Positions 15,892 to 35,400 of a DNA stretch of 64,000 nt are shown here, in pieces. The notes beneath the pieces were generated by a model that saw nothing but the letters and a program-made list of their open reading frames with translations, did no database searches and was not told the DNA's origin. The translations under genes and the position numbers were made by a program. Source of the stretch: Piromyces finnis finn (Eukaryota > Fungi > Neocallimastigomycota); contig MCFH01000007.1 in NCBI GenBank assembly GCA_002104945.1, forward strand, positions 558,001 through 622,000. Direction: 5' to 3'. Each line of letters begins with the position of its first letter. Position 1 is the first letter of the stretch.

Positions 15892-16822
15892 GTTGGTAAG
15901 AAGGTGTATAAACCACATCAACATGAAGGATGATAATGAAACTTGTTTATAGGTAAACAACGATGACATTACAAAATTTACAACATTAGCAAAGAATTGT
16001 TTAATTTTTATTGAATAATAAATGCTATGTATCGATAAACAGTTGTTTTTTATTTTATTACTTTTTACTTTTAAAAGAAAATTTTACTCATCAAAGAATA
16101 GATGCTATTGAAATTTTACCTATGATTTTTAAAGTTACTTTGTAAACCTTATCAAATAATATAATGTTTAACATTTAAAGGAATAAAAATAAAAAATAAT
16201 TCTTTAAGGATTATTGAAACAGGCGTTAGTATTTTTAATGTCTGACTCGAAATAAATACTTTTTAAAATTTAAATACATAAATACAAATATTTTAGTAAT
16301 GTGTAAAGAGAAACAAATAAAGATTATGATTCATGTTCTATAATAGATTCCAATCTAAATTCAATATAGTTTAGGCAAATTTAAATGAAATGGAATGTTT
16401 TGTTAGGAAAAAAATTTAAAGTATAAAAGGGAGAACTTTAAAACAGATAAAACCAAATGATAAAATATACATATCCTAACCTTTAATACAAAAGTTTTGG
16501 TGGAATAAATTAAATAGTTTTTTAAATATCTAAAAATGAATCTTTTTATTCACTAACTTAATGGATAAATTATAAAAAAAAGCAAGAATTGAACTGATGT
16601 ACAAGTAAATGAGATTACATAAAAAAAGTAGTATGTTAATTTAATTGTAAAAAAAAAGACCTGCCCGCCTGTCCGCCTGCTTTTTTTTTCTTTTTAGCTG
16701 TTAAAATAAAAGGAATAAAAAGCTCAAAAATCAAAATTTAATTAAATATTGTATTAATAATATATTACAGTATATTATAATATAAAGGGAAATATAATAG
16801 ATCATTTTATATTAATACTTAA

Positions 16823-16836
16823 AAAAGCTTAATAAA
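16823..16836 (+). repeat. Left target-site duplication of the SINE (AAAAGCTTAATAAA)
   Basis: Identical to 17395-17408 and directly abuts the T23 tail. Confidence 0.9.
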
Positions 16837-17394
16837 TTTTTTTTTTTTTTTTTTTTTTTAACGTCCGAGTGCATTTCTCCCATCGATCAGAGTTAGCTCC
16901 AATGGTGGTTCTTAGAGAAACGTTGGCTCATTCCTATTGCTAGGTGGTTGTGACCCTCCTGGTCTGTCATACTGTTTCTTCAGCTTCGACGCTCACTTAA
17001 TCCATGTACATTAGATGCATGTCGTTGTACGATATTTCACAACTACAATGCTAAGCCTCTTATAGTCAATTTGATCACGTGTCAACCGCCCCCTAATGTT
17101 TACACTTAAATTGATTAAGGAATATTATGTGTTTTTGGCATAGCCTAAGTCACCACTTATTAAGTTCTAATTTGGAATGTACCATGTACACTAGACCCTC
17201 TCAGGCCGGCTAGACGAGTGTTATTATCATAGTAGTAAATTAGAAAGTTCATTTATACTTACCTGAATATCATAACCCAACCCATGGCAAACCCAGTGGG
17301 AAAATCCACAGGCACTGACATCTGCGGGGTCGAACCAGAAGCCTTATGTATGCTAAGGAAACGCCTTAACAACCAGGATAAAAACTGGAACGAC
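16837..17394 (-). mobile_element. Non-autonomous retroposon (SINE-like), 558 bp, tRNA-like head, LINE-related 3' segment, poly(A) tail
   Basis: GC-elevated island in very AT-rich intergenic DNA. T23 run at 16837-16859 is the poly(A) tail on the minus strand. Exact 14-bp direct repeat AAAAGCTTAATAAA at 16823-16836 and 17395-17408. B-box GGTTCGACCCC near the 5' end. No long ORF. 50-nt similarity to the LINE ORF end at 59398-59450 and 61426-61478. Confidence 0.85.
17326..17380 (-). promoter_or_regulatory. Putative internal RNA polymerase III promoter of the SINE (B box plus degenerate A-box/D-loop)
   Basis: Minus-strand GGTTCGACCCC (17336-17326) matches the B-box GGTTCGANNCC. TATCCTGGTTGTTAAGGCG (17380-17362) resembles the tRNA D-arm ...AGTGGTTAAGGCG, but the A box is degenerate. 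Confidence 0.55.
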
Positions 17395-17408
17395 AAAAGC
17401 TTAATAAA
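17395..17408 (+). repeat. Right target-site duplication of the SINE (AAAAGCTTAATAAA)
   Basis: Identical to 16823-16836 and directly abuts the element 5' end (GTCGTTCC on the minus strand). Confidence 0.9.
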
Positions 17409-18790
17409 AAGTAAATCTATTAACTTTAATTAAAAATTATTATAATGAAGATATTTTCATATGAATAAATCAAAAAATTTTATTTATTTATATTTAATAT
17501 ATTATGTAAATTTACTTGAAATATATAAAAATTAATTAATTAATATATTGAAAAAGCTTGTACAAAAATTAATAATTTCCTTTTTTAGTAAATTATTGAA
17601 AAAAAAGAATATGATTTTTTATTATTAAAAAAAAGTTGACATTGAAGGAGGGAGGTAAGAAAGAAAAGCAATGGTATTGTTGTTTTTAGGTAAAAAAAAA
17701 AAAGGAACTAATTTTTAAACTGGGGATTGTATAGCTATATATTGTATTAGTTTCTACATCGATATTATTCATGTTGAAATAATTAATGATCTAAATAAAG
17801 TATTCTTTTAAGAGAGATTCTATTTGATTTATTACTTTTCAAAGGATCATTAAAAAAAAAACTTTTATTAAAAGAAAGGAAATAAAATATTACTTGATAT
17901 TATTAAGTTGATTTTTACATCCATATGTTATTTTGATTTTATTCCTATTACTAATAAAATTATTATTCAATAATTATAAATTGTTCGTTTATTAAAATGA
18001 ATTATCTTTTTTTTTTTTTAGATAAAATAAAAGATACATTTTTATCAACTTGTATTGGTATTTGTTATGATATGAATACTTTTTTATAATCTCTTTTACT
18101 TGTAAAAATAAAAAATAAAATTATGGTTAAGTATTTCATTAATGGTTGGAAAGATATTAACAAAATGAAGCAATGAATTACACAATTACATTATTCATTG
18201 TATATTTGTATCAGTAAAACATAAACGTATTTTAATTTAATCAGGGAAACATAAACATTATTTATTTCCTTAAAAAAAGGATGGGTATAATATTTATTAT
18301 TATATTTAAGGTTCATGTTATATTATAATAAAAAAGTCTCTACATATATTTAATAAAAGAGATAGAATTATTACTTCATATATATATTCTAAGTATTAAA
18401 AATTATATTCATTCATCTTTTACATGAACATTTATCTTTTCTAACTCTTTTTATTTAATTTATAAAATTTTATTAATTCAATATTTAAAATAATTTCTCC
18501 CTTTTAATAATTATTTATTCATTCATTATTAATAGTTTTTTTTTTTTTTTTTTAACATAGAAATACTATTTTATGTAATATACATTTTGTATATTATACA
18601 AAAAAGTTTAATTGTTTTTATTTTTAAATAACGATTAAAATAAAAAAAAAAAATAAAGGATTCTATTCAAGTTAGTTTAATATTATGAGTATATAAGATT
18701 GCTATTAATAATATTTTGTATTACATTTCTTTAAAAAATAAATATATTTTTGAAAATATATTTACTTTTGAAGAAAAAAAATTAAAAGTA

Positions 18791-26522
<7,732 letters not shown>

Positions 26523-29018
26523 TTAAGTATTTTTAATTTTAAGTAATTATTTTTATTAATATTTTCTTTAAAAGAATGTGTTTCTTTAACAGTATATGTT
26601 TTGATATTTATATATTATATATAAAGAATCTGTATAATCTGTATAAATAGATGATTATAATTTATAACACTTTTTTTTTTTTTTTTTTTAGAATCAAAAT
26701 ATATCTTTGTAGTTTAATATTAAAGAATTTATCTTTATTATTCATAAAAAAAACTATTTCATTAAAGACTACTCAGTTTATAAATTTGTATTATAATATT
26801 CTACATATAAATTTTTTTTTTCTATTAATAATATTAATGGTAATTAATAATAATTAACATTAAATTGAAGAAAATGAATAATTATAAATATATAAAATAA
26901 AAAAAATATTATATTCTTTTTTTTTTTTATATATATATATTTCTATTTTTATTCTTTATTTTTTATGTTATTCTTTTTAGTTTTTTAAAAAAAACTTTAC
27001 AAAATTATATTTTTAGAATAGTATTGGTGATACATTTTAGAAATTTAATAACTTTTTAAATTTAGCTTTTGTTTTTAAAGAACTTTATTTTTTAAAATGG
27101 AATTTAAGAGAATTTATTTTAATGGTGGAAATTTATTAAATGAAATGAAACCTTTAATAACTTTGTACTTTTTAATAATTAATTTCATGATTTGACCTAT
27201 TAATTAAATAATCTAATATAAGACATTTTTTTTTATTTATTTAATCTACTCTATATTTGTTAAAGTTTTTATTGTTTTAACCAGTTATCATTAAATATTT
27301 TAATTATTTTAAATATATATAATTATTTATAATAAAAGAATAAAAGGAACCGAGTCAAAAAATACAACATTTTTATCAGAAATTATTTCTATATTAATTA
27401 TTATTAATTAATTATTTTATCTTTAAATAATAGTAATGATCGAAATGAACTAAAAAATAATTTATTCCAAAGTATTTATTATTGAATTTGCTTTATATTT
27501 ATTACTTTTCAATTGGCATTTCCTTTTTTTTTCATTAAAAATTTATAAAAGTATTAAATTATCATTTATATATCTACTATGTAACCAGTATATCAGTATA
27601 TATAGGCTAAAGTATACTCTTTAATAACCTTTTTTTTTTATTTTATTTATCATAGTTAAAGAGAGTATTGTTTAATTATTAAAATTTTTAATTATGTAAT
27701 AATTTAATATTATATTTTTTCCAAAATGATTGTTTTTTATCATTTTAATATCAATGTATCTAAAAAATATTTAAAATAATTATTCTTTAAGATTATGGAT
27801 TTTATGAAATCTTTTACACATTAGTTTACAATTTAAATTAATAGTATCAATAGGTAAAACATCAACATTGCTTTTTATATTGTATCTCAAAAAACAAAAA
27901 CAAAGATATGTTTATTAAAATGAAGAGAAATATTTTATTTGTCTATTTGTCTATTATTATTGCTAATAATAATTTAGGACAGTGCTTAATAATTTGTTTT
28001 AGGATTATAAAATAAGGAACTTTATCATTTAAATTTAATATTATTATTGTAAAATTAATTATGTTCTATTGAATATTTACATGTTATTATTTATAATATA
28101 TTCATGAACAATATAAATTATATATTAAAATATTGAATAATAATAAAAAATGAAAATATTATAACCATACTGCATGTATTACATGTATAGAATGGATGTA
28201 AAAAAAAAAAGTCCATTAAAAACTATTAATTCTATTTTTAATATATTTGATTAAGAAAATCAATTCAAAATATGAATTTATCCTTTAATGTATTAATTAA
28301 ATACCATTCTATTTTTATTATGATATATAAAAATAGATACTAAAATAAATTATCTTACTCTTTATATGTGCTTCATTAGTTTTGTTACATTAACATTTTA
28401 TTCGTTAAAACTAAATATGTCATCAAAATTTAATATTAAATATTTAATTAGTATAAATATGGAAAATAATAATTTAAATGTATTAATTTAAATCAATTTA
28501 TATAATCGGTATAACAGAAAAGTGGTATATTTATATTTATTTGAACTATTATTAACTATTATAATAAATATTAAATAGTATAAAAAATAAAAAAGAAAAG
28601 TTAAAAATTAACATTATATAAAATATTTATTAATTTAAATTTAATAATATAGCAATATAATTTATTAGGAAAAGAAATAAAAAAAATTTGAATTATTTAT
28701 TCAATTGTATTTATGGTATTATTAAATCCCATTTTATACTATTATATAATGAATAAATGTTACTTTAAATACGAAAAAAAAAACATAAAACTAACAATAT
28801 TGATTCAAAAAGCTTTCTAAATTCTCATATACATATATAACATTCCTTCCATATATGAATAATCTAATAAAAATAAATAAAAAAAGTTTATAATTGCTTT
28901 TTATTATTTTATTTTATATATGAGAAGTAACGATTAATAATTGTGTAGGATGTATTAATAAAGATAATTAAAGTATATTATGTATTTTATATGGGTTATA
29001 ATATGATATTAAAAATAT

Positions 29019-29194
29019 ATGTCATTCTATTATGTTATAATAAAAACCTTTCAATAATAAAATTCATGAAACTAAAGATGTCATTCTATTATGTTATAAT
29101 AAAAACCTTTCAATAATAAAATACATGAAACTAAAGATGACATTCTATTATGTTATAATAAAAACCTTTCAATAATAAAATACATGAAACTAAA
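29019..29194. repeat. Tandem repeat, 3 x 59 bp
   Basis: Unit TGTCATTCTATTATGTTATAATAAAAACCTTTCAATAATAAAATWCATGAAACTAAAGA starts at 29020, 29079 and 29138, with 1-2 substitutions per copy. Confidence 0.9.
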
Positions 29195-32100
29195 AATAAT
29201 ACTATTTAATTGTTATACTAGTTAGTTGTTATACTATTTTGAAAAGGTGATAAGATTATAATTTCATTTTCAAATAGATTTAATTATTTTAATTTATTAT
29301 AATTTTTCAGATGACAAAAAAAAACTTTAATTTTTTAATATAAACAAATAAAAATTTTTTGCCAAAAAAAGAAAAAAAAGACTCTAATTTTGTCATACCT
29401 TTTAAAAATAATAAATAATAAGGTTTTTAAAATTTTATACCCAATTAAATGAACGAATAAAAATTCAATTTAATTAAAAAATATTACTAAATAAGGTTAA
29501 TAAATTTCCATAATTAAACTTTAATAAAATGTTACACGAACAATATTAGAAAATTACCAAAAAGAATAAATCTAATTATATTGTAATTTTATATAACAAA
29601 ATATAATAATAAATTATATTATATAATAAAATATATAATAAAAAGTATCTAAAATTATTATTTCAGAGCCAATAATATGCAAAAGAAAATATATATAAAA
29701 TAAATATAAATAAATGTATTACGATATATTTTAATTAAATTAATTAAAATACTCTATAAAAATGAAATAGCCAATAAACATATCCCAGTAAATTACATAT
29801 AGAAAAGTAAATAAGAATGAGTAATTAGGAGCAGAAGTATTGTATAAAATAGAAAGATGATAATTTAATATAGAAAGAAAAAGAATGGAATATAGTATAA
29901 AGGTAATTTTATATAGTATAAATTTGATAATTAATTATATTGAGTTGGTATTTCTATTAAAAGCATGACTATATTTTATTTAAAAATAATATATTTTATG
30001 CATTTTCTATAGTTCAACATGAACTAGGCAAATAATTAATGTTTATCCACATTAATTAATTATTTTATATTATATATAAAGTATCCAGAAATAAATTAAA
30101 TTAATTAAAAATAGAAGTAACAAAAATAAATTAAAAAAATATTCCATAATTAGAAAACTAAAGTAAATTAAATATTTATTACTATTTATTTTATTTATAT
30201 TTATAAAATATAGAATAATATAGAATAGAATATAGATTTTTTTAAATATGTAATATAAACAAAGGAATATAAACAATACCAAAAGAAAACCAACTCAAAT
30301 ATTAAAAAAAAAACCATGATGATTCAGGCTCATTCCATATTAATGATACTAAACAACAATTAATTAAAAAAATTATAAAATTACTTTTTTTAGTTGATGC
30401 GACACGGCACATATATTAAATATTAAAATGCCGATATAACAATTAATAGAAATAATAATAGGTTTAACCGTGTGTACTTTGATAGAGTATTATTTTCAAA
30501 GCATCTAATGAATAGTAAATGCTTTTGTATATAATAAAAAAAACGACTGAAAGGTAATGCATTTTTTATAATTAAATCAAGAGAATAGTGTCTTATGATA
30601 ATGAGCATAATATAAAATTACCCATAATTATGTTCACCTTTACCAATCATTTATCCCTTTATCCTTTTTTTTTATTATAAATATATATAAATATTTATAA
30701 TATGTGTATGTACAATGACCCATCACCCTTTCATATTCATATAAAATAAAATGAATACTTATTTAGAAAATAATGTATTAAAAATGTATTATGAAATTAT
30801 TTAATTTAAATATTTAATATAGCAAATTTAATTTACTAAAAAATAGAAAAGGAAGGCTTTACCATTTTAATAATGAATATTATATGTAACAAAAAAAATA
30901 ATAAAATTTCTAACACTATCAATACATTAACATTATTTTTTTAATAAGCATAGTACTGTAACTATTAAAAATTAAAATAGAACAAGTAGTACTTTTAAAA
31001 CCAAAAAAAAATTATAATTACATATCAATATATATCAATATATACATTATGAATAATATTCTATAAGAACCTTTCAAGGTATAAAACGTTATTGATCGAG
31101 CTGTCATTTTTTTTTTTTTTAATTTCTAAATTACTAAAACTATTCTATATAATATATAATAAATATATATAATATATAGTCAATATTATTCAAAGATTAG
31201 AATGTAATTTAAATATATCATTTTTTTTATTTATTTAATATAAAATTCAAAGTACTATTTTGAATATATGAATTATATATAAATTAATATATAATAAATA
31301 TAATTACGATTTAAATATATATTGAATTATATTTATAATATATGATAAATATTAATAAATCTATTACATTGTATAATTATTATATATACATATTTATATA
31401 TTAAAATAAATATATTATAAAATTAATTTAAAAAATGTGCCAAATCAATATTATTATATATAAAGAATATAAAAAATAATATATCAATTTTAATTAATAA
31501 TTTACACAAAATCTTAAATAATAATAATTTAAAATTTTGAAGAATTAAAAATAAATATATAAACTTTGTAGCTTTTTTTTTTTTAAAATAAAAGTTAACT
31601 TGACATTTAATCAATAATTTGTTTGATTTAATCGTCTATTCCCTTATTATGCTAAATAATCAATAAAAAAAAATAAAGAATAAATAAATATTAAAAGATA
31701 TATAAAAATTATTTTTAATACTATATATAATTTATAAATTATGCTTATATGATTTTATAAAATAAAAATGAAGAAATAAAACACTTTTATTCAACTAAAA
31801 AAGAAAGTGTTTTACTTGCTTCATAACAAATTAATATTATTTATTATTTATCAATTATTATATAATTTATTATCTCACAAAATATCATTTAATTACTTAT
31901 AAAAAGAAAAAATATATAAATATTCATAATTAACTAATTCTTTAATAAGAAAAGGAAATATACATATAATTATCTCATCAAATTCTCTTATATTTTTTTT
32001 ATTATACATATTCATATTTTATCTCAAATACCATTATTATATTTAATTCATTTCAACAACGACAATATTATTATTATTTTTCTTAAATTTATTATAAAGA

Positions 32101-32490
32101 AAAAAAAAAAAGAAAATTCATAAATAATTACTTTAAATTTTAGCAATATTTTATTATTAATAGGTCAAAATTGGTATTATTGAACCATTTAAATTTATTC
32201 ATTCCATTAAATAATTTATAATAATATATGTTTTATAATATGTTAATTTAATTTTAAATTTTGTATTTCAATTTATTCCACTAAACGATATCAAAGGTAT
32301 TATTTTTTGAATATTTTTAATTACTGAGATACATATTATAACTATTAAAAAAAAAATTTTTTTTTTCATAATTGTTATGCTTTTTTTTTCAATGTTCTAA
32401 TTCCATGTCTTTTTTTATACCTATATAAAGCTATAATTGTATTTTATATATATTTTTAATTCTAATAAAAAAATAATTTAAATAAATAAA

Positions 32491-35400
32491 ATGAAGTTTA
32501 AAACAATATTTAAGAAATTAAACCCAAAAAAATATGATAAAAAGTCAGCATTAAATGATAGAATTTCACCAACTTCTCCTTCCCCCGCTTCATCACCAAA
32601 TACAACTTCACCTGTAAATTATAAACCTATTGATTTTCCTCAAAGAAAAACAAGTAGTGTTTTTCAAGGATATCCAAATAATCATTTTAATATTTATGGT
32701 AGAAAATATTCAGCATCAACTATTAGTTCTAGCTCACTTCCTACATCATTTCCCCCAGTACCTTATGTTGTACAACCAACTAAACAAAATGAAGTTACTG
32801 AAATAAACCAAGAATCATTAGATTATTCACAAGTTTCAACAATACCATCACCTTCTCGTAGAGAATCATATATAACGTCAAGACGTTCATCTCAAAAAGT
32901 CATCAATCAAGAAAATATCGATATAAATGAATTTCGTAAAAATTCAATAGGAAAAATACACGGTGCTAACGAATTTTTTGGTGTAAAATCACTTGAAAAT
33001 TCAAATAATACCACTACTCTTATTAATTCAAACGATGAGGTCATGACTTCTTTCCCATCAAAGCGTTCAAATTCTCCAAACGATCATTCCAATACACTTA
33101 ATCCATTGTTAATGGCCCTTCATAAAGATAAAGATGAAAATAGACAAGAAAAAAATGATGAAATTTTGGAATACATTGATAACCAAAATGAAAATCTTGC
33201 TGTAGATGGATATTTTGAAAGTCCTTATCCAGAAACACAAACATATGAAAATAATAATACATTAATGAGGACCATTAGTACAAAACCACATTCACAACCA
33301 CATTCTCCACTTTCACCATCCTTATCTATTTCTTCAAAAAAGAAAACTCATTCAATATTTGGATATTTAAAAAAGAAGGATAAAAAGAAGGATAAGGAAT
33401 TTAAAACAGTATTCAAAAATTTTAGTGTTATGGATACACAATCAATTGAACATGAAGGATTGATTATAGTCGATAATCAAAATAACGCTTTACACAGCCT
33501 TTGGGAACAATGTAATTCTGATCTTATGAAAAGAAATAGTACAATAAATAAAAATTCAGTAGTTCCACCATTATCTCCATTAAGTACTGCAAAATCACTA
33601 AATAATGAAAAAATAGTTCCACCATTATCTCCATTAAGTACTGCAAAATCACTAAATAATGAAAAAATTAGTACAAGTCCTATTAGTACGCCATTAAATT
33701 ATGAAAAAGTATCTAATCCTCATAATTCACAATCAAACTATCACAAAAGTTTAGAAAGAAAAAGTACAAGTCCATTTATTTCACCAATAAATGAAAAAAA
33801 TTGTATGAATATCAGTCCACTCAGTTCACCATCAAATCAAGAAATATTAAATTTAAATTTAATTCAATCTTCATTAAATAACAAAAAAATTAGTTCTAGT
33901 CCACTTCATTCACCAAAAAATGCAAATAGAATAAGTGTTAATTCACGATATATAACTGGTAATAATGAAAGAATAAGTAGTTCTTACAGCTCACCAATAA
34001 ATCAACACATGAATTATGAAAGAATTAGTCCACTTAATTCACCATTAAACCACAAAAGAATTAGTCCACTTAATTCACCTTTGAGTCATGAAAGAATGAG
34101 TTTATTTAGTTTATCTAATGAAAGAGTAAGCCCAAATCTTTATAATTCACCAGGAAATTCTGAAAAAAAGAATAGTCAACTTAATTCATTAAAAGATGAA
34201 TCACAAAACGGAATTAATACTATAAGACCACCACGTTCCCAAAGTATTAATTCTCAACAACGTAACTTTAGTTATTATAATGGTGTTGTTAATCATTCAC
34301 CTTCACCATCAACTCCAAAATATCCAATAAATTCAATCGCTACATCACCAAGATATAAAATTTACATGAAAGAGAGTAATGATAATAAACCAAATGTTGA
34401 TTTACTTGACGATACAATGAATTCTCAACAATGCAATAGTGAAGTCAGTTATTCTCTATCAATGTTAAAATCTCAAGTAAACCCATACGCCACTTCACCA
34501 AGATATAGAGTTTATATGATGAATAACAATAACAATGACGATAATAAAACTAACGCTGATTTTAATACAATTAATAGCATCAATTATAATAATAAATCAA
34601 GAATTAATTCCTTAAAAGGAAAACCTTCTGTTCCTGGTAGAAATGATTCTTTATTTAATAATTTAACTGTAAATATACAAAATAAACCATTGTCTCATCA
34701 ATCATCAACTTCCCATCCATTAGTAGAAATGTCAAAATCCGATTTATTGTTAAATAATAAAAACAATAATAATAGTAGAACAAGTCTTCGTATTAATACC
34801 AATGTTCCTGTAAGAATTGTTCATTCCCCTGTAAATAATAAACCACAAATTTCACCTAATGGTTATTCACTTAAACTTACAACATCACCATTACCACCAC
34901 TAAGAACTAGAAAGTCACCAGCATTAAGTTATACTAAACTATCCTCACCAATTTCACCTACATCTAATGTTTCCAGTGAAGATATATTAAAGGAAAATGT
35001 TGGACAAACTGATATTAGTACAAATAATAATTCTCTTTCAAAGAACAAAAACAACATTTTAAATAGTAATATTGAAAAGGAACAATCAAAAGAGTGTATT
35101 TCATTAAAGGTATCAGAAACAGAAAAAGAAAGCGTTTTAGCCAAATATTTAGAAGAAAGAACAGAAGAAGAAAGTACCATTATTAGCTTTATTGAAAAAC
35201 CATCTGAACCAGAAACTGAAATTATTGAAAAGAAAGAGAAATCATTTAAAAATTTAAAAGAAGATACTACTGAGAAAGAAGAATTGACTAAGGATTCAAA
35301 AGAAAAAACTATTGAGAAAGAAGAATTAACTGAAGACTCAAAAGAAAAAACTATTGAGAAAGAAGAATTAACTGAAGACTCAAAAGTTAAAATTATTGAG

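Noticed and set aside
16970-16985. CTGAAGA hammerhead-like core in the SINE/LINE shared segment
   Set aside because: No stem II followed by GAAA and no stem III/NUH geometry downstream.
17255-17265. ATACTTACCTG, identical to the 5' end of U1 snRNA
   Set aside because: The downstream sequence does not resemble U1; it is the reverse complement of a consensus donor site within the SINE.
17300-17394. Possible tRNA gene
   Set aside because: The acceptor stem, A box and arm spacing do not give a proper cloverleaf, and it is embedded in a TSD-flanked poly(A) element; treated as a SINE head.
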